From assembly GCF_000150275.1 (NCBI RefSeq), contig NW_002060973.1, positions 353,004-417,003 of the forward strand: a DNA stretch of 64,000 nt, in the 5' to 3' direction. The position numbers and the translations under genes were made by a program. The stretch's first letter is position 1. Each line of letters begins with the position of its first letter. The notes beneath the pieces are model-generated. The model was given only the letters and a program-made list of their open reading frames with translations, was not told the DNA's origin and made no database searches. The stretch is from Trichoplax adhaerens. Lineage: Eukaryota > Animalia > Placozoa. Shown piece after piece: positions 25,201 through 40,200 of the stretch.

Positions 25201-28200
25201 GCCTATTTTCGACTATTCTAACTATCACCGTGCGATAAACAGTGGCCAAAAGGCTTAGTAGTTATTTCAATAGTAACTAATTCAGATTTATTTCTCTGAT
25301 GCACTTGCACTCTCATTATTAGGAACATTATTTTAGAAGTTTTTAACAAGTTCATTTATGCCAATTATAACAACGGAGATTAACATATCTTCAAGTATGG
25401 AATAATAATTTATCAACGTGCATGCTTCTAAAATCGATGATCAATTTTATCAGTTGTTTAATTAATTAAGCTCAATATACGTAAGTCAAAGATTATCTGA
25501 TCTTAACGGACTGTAGTTATTATTATTAAGTAAATTAAAATAAGATCCTACATGCTGATCATAATACCAATTTGATAAAGTCAATAACTCGCGTATTCAT
25601 ATTATCGGCTTAGGAACCAATATAATATTACACGTAACAGCAGTAAAGTTCTAGTTATAGCTATAAAAAGAGTAGGTATTCTAGACTAGTGAAGAGATAA
25701 AGGATTGATATGCAAAGATGATAAAATGATAGTCTATTTCCACGCTTAAAAATAAATAGCCTTTGCAATCAATTTGATGTGAAGCACTTTGATATTAGTA
25801 AAATTCATTCAGTTGCCCGGCTTTAAGAAGTAAATACATGTATTCAGAATATTATTATTCATAACTTTAAAATTATTACAATAATTATAACGCCATTTCA
25901 CTCTAAAAAGGATTGAATAAATTGCATTTTGAATTGACTAAAATATAATTGATTATTCACAGGAGGTTATCAAAAAATGGGATTCGTCATATAGATGACA
26001 TTCATATTAGTGATTTAAGTAACTTGCAGCAGTTGTAAGTTAGAAGTAAATCAATTCAATTAGGACAGATATGTAGATTCTGCATCTTATAATTTTATTG
26101 CTGTATGCTTTGGTAAAGTTTATTGTTTTCAATTCTTAGATCACTATCACGGAACAGAATTAGCGAATTGCCTGCCGGAGCATTTAAAAGCATGACCAAG
26201 TTACGGACATTGTAAGTACTTACTGCTCCATATTCAAAGTAAACTATTCGCCTAGTCAGGCATGAACAAAATATCGAACTTTTTAGATCGAAATAAGTTA
26301 AAATGCATTACCGCGTCATATATTTGCTTATTATTTCATCAAATTTTTGGAGATTGATATTTGTCAAAATCGATAGCTATTTGTACGATCGTTTAGAAAA
26401 ATACTTCACATTTTATGGATCATTATAAAAATATTTGTGGATATCAATTATTGAATATTTAGATATTTCTGTAAAAGCGTTAATACCAATAGTAAAAATT
26501 GGCTATGGACTAATTTACTCATCAGAAAAACTGTTTAAAGTGTGCACTGACCGTTAATTGATGGTATAGCATCACAGAATATAGATCATATTAGGTCTTT
26601 GTTAGTGTAACTGTTATAGGGAGTTAGATTAGTCGCCAGATTTGAGTTAGTCACTAATTGTCACGGTAGTGAATCTACCGTAATGAATGATAACTTACTT
26701 AATTTAGACATGTATATGTATCACGTTAAGATAGTTATTAATTTGGATATGTGCATGAATCATTTGACGACTTAATATAGCCGATACAAACCTGTTCCTA
26801 ATACCGGTTAAATTATACTAAATATGGTATATGAATTGTCAATGGTAAATTCAATATAAATCCTGTTAATTATAAGCTAGTGTAAACATAAAGTTAATCT
26901 ATAGTAATATCAAAAATTCATTGGATCAGACTAGGAATAGTTTAATGTATTCATTCATGTAGTCTCATTGGTCGAAATATATCACACATCGTAAACCGAT
27001 TTTATGACTACAAAAGCTATTTAAATGATTGATTTTGAATATTAAATTAGACTTGCATTTTCTAGAATAAAGATATAGTTAGAAGATTCCGAAAGTACAT
27101 TTCGCAGTTATTGTTACTTATCTAGGGTAATCTAATTAGTTTAGATTAGGCAAGTTTAGTTAAGTAACACTATTATAAGAGATTGACACAATTTTTCGTA
27201 GTTTAATAGATCCTTTATTATAGACTGTAAACCTTAAAATAATTAATTAGTTCTGTGGATGACGGTAAACAACGTCAGCCCTTATATTTGAGAATAATCT
27301 AGAATACCTACAAAATAATAAGATACAGCAGAATCGGACTATTAACTGTCGTAGTCAGCCTACGACAAGGAAACCTGGGCCTTTGAAGTTGCATGAATGC
27401 TAAGGCTACAACAGCCAAGCATGCCCCAACGGGCCAAGCGTAGACTAGTCTTAGGCTTTTAAAATAGTTTATTGAACCAAGGTAGTCTTGACATCCAAGA
27501 CTACTCTAACTACACGCGTACACTACACGGTCAGTCGACAGCTCAGCTGCTAGTGAGAGCGCTGGGCTTTATATACCTTAGCTCGGTTACACTCGGTGCA
27601 TAGCTTAGGAAAACAACTCTAAAACATACAGCTTTTGTATAGCCGACAGTCTATATGGTTTAGTATGGCAGATGGCGTAAACAACACTAATGAGTTATGA
27701 ACTAATTAAGGGCCAATTAACAATCAAAGGCTCAGCACAAAGTAACAGAAATTACTATTGTGTGAATATTAGTTATCACCTCTGTAAATGCACTGCTCTG
27801 CACCGAGTCTACAACAAGTATAACTAGACTACTAATAATGTTACAATTATCGCATAGCTAATAAATAAATGTTATTAACAATTAATAAGATCTTAATTAC
27901 TAATTACTAATTACTAAGGCTAATGCCACAATTAATTGACGGAGTATGTACTCCGTCACACTTATTAACATAATGTTACAGTACACCATATGAACTAGTG
28001 TTATTTCAAAATTACAAAATATTGTTTCTTCTATGCGATATAGAAATTGACATTATAAAATGTTTTATGCAGATGGTTATATGCAAACTCAATTAATATT
28101 ATTAACCAAGAAGCATGGAATAATTCTCTAGAATTACGTCTGATGTAAGTAGAAATGAAACATTAATGATGTCAAAAGTAGATAACAACCGAAAGTTTAG

Positions 28201-31200
28201 CTATCCACCGTATACGTCAAATAAACCATGAGTATAGAACAGTATTTTTTGATAATTTGTTCTTCTAGCATTCAATTACATTTTTACACAGTTGCTAACC
28301 AAGAATGTTTTTTTCAAAAATTATCTTAATAGCTTGTGATCTACATAGTTAAAGTATTCTATTAGTGATGCTAAACCCTACAATTATTCATAATCACGCA
28401 AGCTAAGGCAAAAAACTCAAGAGCTTCTTTCCAGACAAATCTTAAATTCTAATTTTGTATTTTCATGCATTTCGTGATTTAGCTTTTATCTCATATAACA
28501 ATCAATAAATTTCTAGATTAATAGCATCTTTAGCTAATACAACCATATGTGGCAGTGTTATATACTGTATTAGCGTAGAAATATCTGTGTTAGGATAATT
28601 TTGTTAGCCTATCCTTATTTAGCTAACTTCTAGTTTCAGTTCGAATCATTGTGTTTGTAACTTACTTATGGTAGATTGTAAATTGTCGTAGAAATGTCTC
28701 ATGATAGGACATATCGTAATCTGACTATTCTGTATTAGTCATCAGATGTCTATGTTCATAAATACTGTAGTCTGCATTAGGAAGCGCTAGCTAAAATTAA
28801 TATCTAATTCAGTGAATGATTCCAAAGTTAATCTTACTAACTATGACTTATGAACTAATGAAGAAGAGCATATAAATACAGTATATCGTATACTAAAGTT
28901 AATTCTTAAACTTAGTGTTTAACGTAAAATACGAGGCGTCTAAGTCTTTGTGTAGTCTGCTAGTAGAACAAAAGTGTTCCTGATAGTACAGATATCGTTT
29001 CTTGATACGTGGTTTAAGGAATTGGCTTATTGATCGTACATTGCGTTATCTTGTTGCAAAGCTATTTTGTGACACCATAGCTGCCTTTAAATCAAGTGAA
29101 TCAAATCTAATAAGCGCATTGTCGATATTGTAAAAAATAATTGTTTGTGTTGATATTAACTTAGACGAATTAGATAAATATTTAATAGTAAGTTAGTGTA
29201 TTCTATCAACAGAGATTTGTCCCATAACGATGTCACGAATATCAACGAATCCGGTTTATCACAATTTAAATACTTGAAAACATTGTAAGTTTGTTACTGT
29301 CAGTAGATATTCCAATGAGAACTTAAATATCTTATATGTCATGTTTATAACGCTAATCAATACGAGTATATGAAGCGAATTAAAAGTAAGTTTATTTAAC
29401 TTCGTAGAACCCTTGGCATAAATAATCTAGTTCAAATAGATGACTTTATCTTTTCTGAATTATCCGAAGTTTCAAGCTTGTAAGAAACTATTTTTGAATT
29501 CTCAAATATAGTAACATGGTCAAATATTTTTGGACTTTGCTTAACCATTCCATATTGTAATATTTTGTATGTTTTTCAATTTAATTTAATGACAGAAAGC
29601 TATATGGCAATGATTTAACATTGATCAGTACTTATTCCTTCTATGGACTATGGAATATGGAAAAATTGTAATGCTGTGCTTAATTATTTTAAAGCCTTGA
29701 GTTTACATGCATAATTATGCTCTTATTAATAATTGATGCATCTTATTACAAAGAAATCGACCTAGAAACTATCAGAAAAGTTTGTTGCTTATTAAATTTT
29801 ATATGATACTTACGATTTCTCACATATCAACTTAGGTACCTATTTGACAATAAAATAAGGGTCATCCTTCCGGAAGCTTTTGCTAATCTAAATAAGTTAG
29901 CTGTCGTGTAAGTAAGTGTATGTAATAGGTTAACGGTGAAGTGAAGCAATAAATAATGAATTAATTTAGTTTTATAACCCTATAGCTGTGTATTTTTTAT
30001 GCAGTATTAGTTTATAATTTAAGAACAACTATGCATTTTTAGTTCTTTAACGCTTTGCGCCGCTGCAAATGTTTAATAGTTACATTATCGATCAATTATA
30101 TTAATAAGCGAACTAGAATTGAGTAGTATTCCAAAAGTTTGATACTGCTGAATTAACTAGGGTATTTAATGAGTGAGATCAAATTGGTCTTTATCCAGTC
30201 CATAAAAGTCGAATATACGAGCCAGGCTTCTGTATATTGTTATAATCTATATTATATATAATTCAAAGATCATGGTGATTACGTCGTAGTTAGGCGTTAT
30301 AGTTGAATAAGCAACGTAAATTATGCAGTCTGTAGAGGCTGATGATGAAATGGCTTGATTATTGTGTACGCTACTCTTTGTACTTCGCATTCCATGCTGT
30401 AACTAATAGTCTACCGACTGTCTTCTACTAGTAAAATAATGTGTTACAATATTTGAAAGATTTGGTGTTTACAAGCTTTGCTAGTATAAATGGCTGAAAA
30501 ATACCTATTTTCTTACAATGCGAGCCTAAATATAATAGCAGTCAAGCTACTATCAGGATCCATTCCTTGCTATATTAATTTATTAAAAATGTGCACTTGG
30601 TTTATCCATGACCTAATGTGCCGCTAAACTGTGCGAACTATCGCTTAAGCTGATAAAGGTGTTGCTACAAAATTTGTAACGATATGCAACTACGGATACA
30701 GATCTAGAATGTGATAAAATTCTATATGATAGTAATTCCAACCATAAACTACAATTGAATTTGAGTATAGTATTACAATTTTAATGCGTTAATTCTTTTA
30801 AACCACCCATTTTCGTCACCGTCTAGTGATCTATCACGGAATGAACTAGTATCTATCAACAATCGTGTATTCAGCAAGTTGCCTTCTCTAGAAACATTGT
30901 ATGTCATACCTACTTTATATTCTTATTGCCTTTTCATTTATAAGCTTAAAATCTAATGCAACGAAATGCTATATTGGGCTAAAATTAAGTTTTGATTTGT
31001 CTTATTCTAGGCTTATTCCAGATAATTTTGTCTTCAACATTACTGCAGCCACTTTTGAAGGCTCTTATAATCTTAGTACCATGTAAAATATATTTAGACG
31101 TTAAAGTATTTTTAGTCATAATGCTATTAGATAATCTGGGACCTTCAAATACCACTTTTTCAGAAAATTATCTGGAAATAGTGTCCGGCAGATTTCTGGC

Positions 31201-34200
31201 AGTTCATTCTCTAATTTAACTAATTTAAAAAAGCTGTAAGTTATTTATATAATTTAAACAAACTTGTAAAATCGACATAGCTTTATCTAAATCAATCGTG
31301 ATTATCTACAGTAATCCATGTTTATGATTTTATGATTAGGGAGCTTACAATTTGCTCCGTTTCTGAACTTGGGACTGATATTTTCTCTAGCACATCTAAA
31401 CTTGAGCAATTGTAAGTTTAAGTTATTCATTTCAGTAATCTAAATTGTTTTAATTTTGCCTTTTAGTTTTTCTATTTGGACCTTAGAGTTAATCTAATAT
31501 AGGAAAAATGACTTAAAATTCATTTCTAAAGGGACCTTAGTAGCTGTAAAATTTCGGTGGTTTCCTCTTGGGCTTTCTCTAATTGCACTAACCTAAAAAT
31601 GTTGTAAGTTTTTCATTTCCATGACTATAAGTACATAAATTACAAATGTGCTCTATTATCAATAGTCATTACCGTCAGGCAGAGTGCAATTTCTTAGAGA
31701 CACTTTTCTGTTAGAAGTAAATCATTGCCAGTTATTTCAGATAAAACGATCAAGCTAATAAACTTTTAAGCTCACTATCGATACTGTTTTGTTAGATATA
31801 AGAGGGAGACAATTTGTTTGTATTTACTTAAATCTGATTATAAACGGTGCATAAATGATAATCTTAACTTAATTTTTTATAGAAATTTATCAGCTACATT
31901 AATACAAACCTTACCACCGTATTTATTCGGATTTAACACGCAAAATAATATTGAGGAAATGTAAGTTTATAAATAAGTTGATAGCGACGGTAATTTTTGC
32001 GATTTTAATATGATTCACATTGTCTATATTCTTTAATCTTAAGTTCATGTTTCACATGTATTAAAATTAAAGCCAAATCCACGTTCAGTTAATACCATTT
32101 TTTTGAAATGGTATTTATTTGATAAATCTAACTTATAAATAAACTGCTTATCATAGATATATAAATCGGAGCAGAATAGAAATAATAGATGAGAATGCGT
32201 TTTATGGGCTAAATAAGCTAAAGATTCTGTAAGATCAAAAACTAAATATCAGAACTGTTATTAATTTTTTCATCTATAAGAATAACTGTATATAATGTAT
32301 ATATACATCAGTTAAGTTATTTTATAATCCGCTTCTAAAATAATGATGTCTATCAATTATAAATTTAGAACGCTATGTACAAATTTTATTCGATACCTTC
32401 ACCCTGATACTTTCAAATCGCTGATAAAGCTGGAAGAATTGTAAGTAGACAATTTGAATATCAATATCGCCACCACAGGTGTAAATATGTAGCATACCTG
32501 ACGATTGTATTTACAGCAGTTTTCACAGCATCATGTAAGTTTGAATAATCGTTTATTAATCAATGTGGAAAGTACTGCTTCGATATTATCAATATACCGG
32601 ATAAGCATTATTATGCCGACGTATTCATTGTACTATGTTTAGCAAATATTACTTCTATAGGACTTGATTTAATGAAGTATTCAAGAAACCAGTCTTACGA
32701 ATTACACTATAGTTAGTTTGTGTTCTAAATCTATAGTGAAACTGTAAGGAAATATACATCACTTAAAGCGGTGAACCTATGTTCAAGCCCAGTAAAATAT
32801 ATGATGTGCAGATGGCTATTGCATGATTATAATAAAATCTAGTTTTCCTTGGATAATCGGCTTAATTATATAATCTGATTTAAGTAAATACTATATCAAC
32901 AAGAATTCGTAAGACATATAGGACATATTCCCTTTATGCAAATAGAATCCTGAAATTTTTAAAGGATTAGTTCTTAACTAACAACATCAATTGCAGGAAT
33001 CTCAATCAGAACAAAGTTAAATATCTCCACGATTTTGAATTCGCTAATGTCGGATGCTTAAAAGAGCTGTAAGCCTACTAAATAAATTAAAGTACCTGTA
33101 TTCTTAAAATACAGAGATTCTTATGTTCTTTGATGTAAATTGAGTCATTTTAAATTTTATAAATGGTCGTAACTACTAATATTACTAATGAATGCTGTAA
33201 AAGTAAGCTGTATCGCAAGTTCTATTGGTTAACAAAATTAAGCGCCGTAGATCTAACTACATAAGGTCTCTTGCAAAACATGATACAAGATATAGTGTTA
33301 CAAATGATTATTATATACTGTATTTTGTAGGTATTTAACATCTAATGAAATCAAATTAATGGGCAAGAAAGCATTTCAGGGTCTGAGAAAGCTAACACGA
33401 TTGTAAGATTTGCTTGTACTATTAACGTAACCTGTGACTTATTTGTAAATTTCTTAGACCAAAATAATTTTGTGACAGTGTTATATACCGTATTAGAGTA
33501 TAAATATCTATGTTAGTATAATTTTATTAGCCTATCTTTATTTAGTTAACTTCTAGTTTGGATATACTGTCTTTTAATGTAGCACTGGCTTTTTATGACT
33601 GTGATGTATATATATATATACTGAAATTAATAGTTATATTAGGGAATGCGAATTATCTACTTACTGTTCGTATCATTGTGTTTGTAATTGTAACTTACCT
33701 ATGGTAGATTGTAAATTGTCGTAGAAATGTCTTATGATAGGACATATCGTAATCTGACTATTCTGTATTAGTCATCAGATGTCTATGTTCATAAATACTG
33801 TTGTCTGCATTCGGGAGCAGTAGCTAAAATTAATGTCTAATTCAGTGAATGATTCCAAAGCTAATCTTACTAACTATGACTTATGAACTAATGAGGAAGA
33901 GTATATAAATGCAGTATATCGTATACTAAAGTTAATTCTTAAACTTAGTGTTTAACGTAAAATACGAGGCGTCTAAGTCTTTGTGTAGTCTGCTAGTAGA
34001 ACAAAAGTGTTCCTGATAGTACAGATATCGTTTCTTGATACGTGGTTCAAGGAATTGGCTTATTGATCATATATTACGTTATCTTGTTGCAGTGCTGTTT
34101 TGTGACAAATATATTTTCACGACGTAGACCTTAGCTAAACTTCTTTTATTAAGAAATTTAGAAAATTTCTATACCATAAGCATAGTTCTTAAAATTTATT

Positions 34201-37200
34201 TCCATTATCTAAATCAAATTATACTTTATGTTTCATCTACTGATTAAAATATAGTCTGTCATGACTTGTGAAGGAATTATTGAATCATATGATAGGCATA
34301 TCAATAACAATTACTTAATTTCGCTCAATCGGACTGTTTTCGCCGGATTATATAACCTCACTTATCTGTAAGTGTCAAATTAATAATTTATAGCCAATTT
34401 CAACGCATATTCGTATATGAATCTTATCATCTACAAAATCGAGAATATGGTTAAATTTCAAAAAATTCATTCAATTATGGCTATTAAACAGCATATCTAA
34501 TTATACTACGCTTCACAAACCAATTTTAATTTTCGATGACCTACTTAGGTTATTAGATGAAAATCAATTAACAGCCATTCAAGACTTTCAATTTGCTGAC
34601 TTATCTGCATTGCAGTATTTGTTAGTTATTATTTGCAATTTTTAATAGATTATACCAGTAAACAGAAGGAAGATTTTCATTATATCATTGAATATTCAAC
34701 ATTAGATTTTTAAGGTCGAATAAAATCAAACATATCCAAGCCGATTCATTTTCTGGCTTGGATCATATACAAGAGATGTAAGAGATCAAATATATCTTGT
34801 TACTTCAGTTATATTTTATTATATTTAAGTGTATTATGATACCTTCAATAAATCGAAATAATATAATTTAATATAAAGAACAAAGCTTGATTACGTGGAT
34901 GCATTTACGGATGATATGCTTGCAGTTGCAATTGAATGTGATGTTTTCTTTTAGCTTATATTTTATCTGTTTATATGTTGTCATGCTAGATTGCTCAATG
35001 GAAATCCTCTATATTTTGTAACCGATCTACCCTTAGGCAGCTTTAAAGTTCTTCATCACTTGTAAGATAATATTCTATATAATATGATATTTCAATATGA
35101 ATACTTAAAACGAAGTAAGCACAATCATAAAGTTAAGTCAAAGACTTTATTAGGCGGCAGTATGGATCTAAATTTTCTTCAAATTTTAGCAATTTAGAGA
35201 TTTACTACTTTTGAATTTACTATATATATATTAAAACACAATAAATCTCAGATTCGATCTTAGTAGCGTATTGATATCTACCTTCTGCACTTATGTAGAA
35301 TATTCACGAGCTATTGCATTAGATACGCATATATAATTTTATCGCTAGCATAGTAATGAATTAGAAACGTATCATTAAAAGACTATTTGTTCTATATCAA
35401 AATATTTTCATATTTGGTAGTTTCTAAGTTTTGCAATGCAATAATCAAATTTATTATTCTATCTTTTTATGGTTAGCTATGCTATGTGGTCTAACATTAT
35501 AAATTTTCTGTCTTTAAATAGAGGCCTATCGAAAAATAAACTAAGAAGTCTTAAAATTGCGTCCGTATCGAATATTACAAACAATATTTACGAATTGTAA
35601 ATGGGTTTATTATTTCCTAATTTCGATATTGTAAAATTTAAAATCAAAGAAATAGCTCATGAATAAATAGCAGTTGTAAGCTTAAAGAATGCCACCATGT
35701 CGATACTGTTCGTTGAATTGATTTGCCTGTGTCCCCCCTTAAAATACCTAAATTTTGTTGTATAATATCTATAATTGTGTAAGCTATAATATAGGTATTA
35801 AAGATAAATCTATTCAAGGTGATTAAACATAAAATCGAATTACTTTGTATCGATTATTGTATTCGTTATTTTTTCAATAGGGATTTATCCAATAATTTAA
35901 TGACCGAACTCAATATTCCTAAGAGCTTTCAATGTTTACACCATATGTAAGTTTATTTATCGGCAAATTTTGCATTTTATATAATAGAAGTAGATTAATT
36001 AAGCCATCAGATATAAATGACTTTGTTATGTGCTGCAAGTTATGAATCTACTGTTACTTTAACTCTATCTAGAATACTAAATATACCAAATATTTATTAC
36101 AGCAATATTTCTCATAATAAATTTGTCGACATTACAAGCATACATCTAAATAATGTTTCCTGCGTCTCATCTCTGTAAGTAAATGAAATTTTCCCAAATT
36201 CATAAATAAATCATTTTCACTTAATATCTTTTTAAATCTCCTATAAAATTTACTTGAAGAGAATTACGATATTTTAAGTATTGATTCAGAGTGAATTATC
36301 ATGTTTGGTAATGTCAAATATTTTACGAAACCGATAGCAAACCGAATATAATTATAAACTGAACTGAAATAGTTATCTATAAATGGAATTTAAAATGAAT
36401 TCATTCTCTTCACTAAATCTTTAGCGATATCAGTCAAAATAGAATCACTCGATTTCAATTCGACGTTTTTTCTTTCCTTAAAGATCCAACAACTCTCGCT
36501 GTTTTGTACGTGATTATAATTGGCAGAAAAACGTCATTAAACCATATCGTGATAAATTTACATTAGTTTGATTTCTAAATGTCATATTGTTTTTTATGCC
36601 GTGTAATAAAAGGAATATGTCCAGTAATCACTTGGAGTATGTCAAGCCTGAGATGTTTGCTCCAATATCACACTTAATCGAGCTGTAAGAATTTACATGT
36701 AAATTTGTTTGATTTGAATAGAATTACAAAATATCATTTCTCCTTACAAAGATAAAATAAAATAGAATAAAACTTTAAGCTAACTAACTGTCTTTTACAA
36801 ATTATTACCTCTAGTATTTTAATAAATCAACTAAACACTATAGAACGAAATTATAAAATTGTTCAAACTCGTATCTGATACTGTATTACGCATCATTGAG
36901 ATCGATTTATCAGGAAATTGAGAGCCAGAAAGGCTAATTAAATCGTGTTATGTATTAATTGTTTTTGCATGACATCATTAGGACCATTTATGACAATTAT
37001 CTTGAAACGTTAGACTTCTTGCAATTATTGCATCGTCTGAATATACTGTAAGTATTGTAAGTTACTATTTAATGTAACATATTCAAACACTACTCACATT
37101 TATTCGCATAGGTTCATCTAAGATATACACTATTTAATGAGAATTTTATATTGTACATTTATTCATTTAAAACTTGTTAGAGTGGTCGCCAAAAATCGAA

Positions 37201-40200
37201 TAAAAGATTTGAAAAGCGGCTACTTTAAAAACTCGACCAATTTGACACGTTTGTAAGAACCGATAATATTTAAGCTATTAAGTCATTATGTAGCAAGAAA
37301 TTGAAATTTTACATACGCAATGATTCTTACGTAATCTAATGTCGAACATAATATACGTAATAATAAGATGTTTGTAATGTTTAACGCCAATTTTGCTATC
37401 TATCGTAGAAACATGAGCTATAACAAAATCGAAACTCTTCGAAGTAGAACATTTGAGAAGGGTAGAAATATCTTGCGTTTGTAAGTTAAAAGAACCATAT
37501 ATATTAAATATACTCCACATTAGTATTCCTTAAAATTCATAAAATGCACTTTTGACCATTGTTTATAGAGACTTGGATCATAATAAGATTTCTTTTATAG
37601 AAAATGAAGCATTTCTCGGCTTATTAAAGTTACAGATTCTGTAAGCTAATGATTTCTATTAAGAAACATGATATAAAATAGCTATTTGCCGACTATTTTT
37701 CCTGAAAGAGATTAACTGCATATGATATTACGTTACTAGGGATATCAGTTATAACCGCATAATTTCATTAAAAGGAATATTCTCTCAAGATTTGACTCAC
37801 CTAATTTTACTGTATGTCAATATTGGATAACGTGTATCCTGTAATAGCTTAAATATTTTACTAGATCAGTGATATGGTACTGCTATAGATTAAAAATTGG
37901 CTTTAATTTAGCAGTAGAACAGTGAAACACAATTTTTCTGCTATGTACAAAACTTTAACTTTCTCTGCCAGTACAAGTTTAATACGAATAATCCAATATA
38001 GATTTTTAATATGATCAAATAAGTAAGCGTATGTAATTTAAAATTAGTAAATTCTCTGGATTTAGAAGCTGACATATCCAAAATATTTCATTAAAGACTA
38101 TCTAAAAGATTAATTTAGTCCTTTAATTTGTAGTAAATTTTTATCAGTAACTCATTATTAATTTTAGGATAGTTATAGCAGGCTTTCTTTACCGGGCCAT
38201 TAAATTATTTTATTTTAAATCGATAATATATTAATATTTTTTTTCAATCTCAATTTTATTATCTAATTTTTGTTTCACAAATTCAAGAAATTGTAATGGA
38301 AATCAAATCACTTCTATAGCTGGAGCACCGTTTTCTAATTTGAAAAAGCTTGACAAATTGTATGCTTAGTAATTATAGATTCTCTATCCTATCCTAGATA
38401 CTTAGTATAATTGGATCCATAAGATTACTAAAATTAAAAAAATTTAATTATTATTCTCCAATTAAAAATTATTTATATTTAGATATTTAAATCAAAATCA
38501 GTTAACAGAAGTGGCTCCTGATAGTTTTAATAATTTGATTCATTTGCATATCCTGAAGTATGTAATCTAGAAGAAACTTTTAACTGGCCTTAAAGGGCAC
38601 AAAATTGATTAATTTATTGTAAAATGATAAGTTGTGATATATAGCGATCACAAAATTCCAAATTTTAGAAAAATAAGGGCTTTATTGAATCTTATACAAA
38701 GATTAACTACACACAGCTCTACTCTAGCCGAGTACTACTACTAAAGACTTCTAGAACGAACTAACAGAATAATCTAAAGTTGCATGCTTCTATGCTTTTC
38801 GTAGCATTCGCAGCTACAATCCGCATGGCAACCTTTTACCTTATTTTACACTTAGTAAAATTATTCTTAGTAACACTATTCTACTGCAGACCATCATTAA
38901 TCCGATATGGATACGACTACAGTATTTACGTAGACGTTATTCACACCAGCAATAGTATAATGAATTAACCATATCCTAATATATGATTTGCAGTTCTATT
39001 TTTACCTGTAACCTTATTAGTAACTCAACACCTTACTGTATATAGTCATCTATACTTTAGCATAGAGTCTATACCACTATAGTCTATAGTTATGGCTACC
39101 AAATATCTCTTAGGATAAATATCTACCGCACATTATACTAAACATGGCTAACAGTCTACAATTACAATACTAAGTTACATTACACAAGTACTTAATGGTA
39201 ACTGCAATCATTTTGTGTATATCTCTCTTTGAAACAGCTCAATAGATCATAATAAACTTACCCGTTTATCCTGTCTATCAATCTCCGAAAATATCCATGA
39301 TTTGTAAGTAATACGATTACAACTTGTTCTTATTTATACCATTCAACTAAATCAATTAAATTTTTATATTATTTTAAATCAATGCATAATAATTATGGCA
39401 TTATGACAGAGTTGGTAGTAAAATTAAATCCGGCATTATTTCCAATTTTTCGATTTCGATTGTAATTGTATTGGCGAAATACTGCTCGCATTTGCGTATA
39501 TTCCTGTAATCATCCTTTTAAAATGGCTAAAGAATAGCCTTTCTCAATACGATTAGTTAAGCCATTCTACAGAACAAATTTAATTATTGCTACTGTCTTG
39601 ATAAATTTAACATTTTAATCTATCAGTACAATACTTAGAGTAAAATTCCAGTCTAGAAGTTCACATGCGTTGTTTCACTAATTAAAATTTGCAAAGACAA
39701 TTGTGCAATAATTAAATGAAATTAGTTTTAAGACGGGCTATGGAAGACTGATTACGAATATTTATACTAACTTTTATGATGCAATTGATTTAAGCATATT
39801 CTAACTATATTTATATTACTGGATGTATAATTTAGGAGTTTAAGTCATAACAATATATCCTATATCTCACCAAGTTGCAATAAAACATTTGGCAGTTTAC
39901 TGAAGAGATTGTAAGTCACAATTCATTTATTATCTCTTTTAAATCTAAAATAGAACTAAGACATATCAAAAACGACTATCTGTTATAGAGGACATATATA
40001 AATATGTAATGATCTCAGCTAATTGCAGTAATACGGTATGTGACTGATAGAATATGGACTTGCACTGCTTCTACTATGAGACTGTAATAGCACACGTCTA
40101 TGTACNNNNNNNNNNNNNNNNNNNNNNNNNNNNNNNNNNNNNNNNNNNNNNNNNNCGAGTAATGAGCAAGTTTTATTTAAGCTATCAAGATTACCTCCAG

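Noticed and set aside
38780-38968. Similar hydrophobic ORFs at 38780 and 48195
   Set aside because: Both lie within family B LTR copies, so the similarity reflects the repeat.
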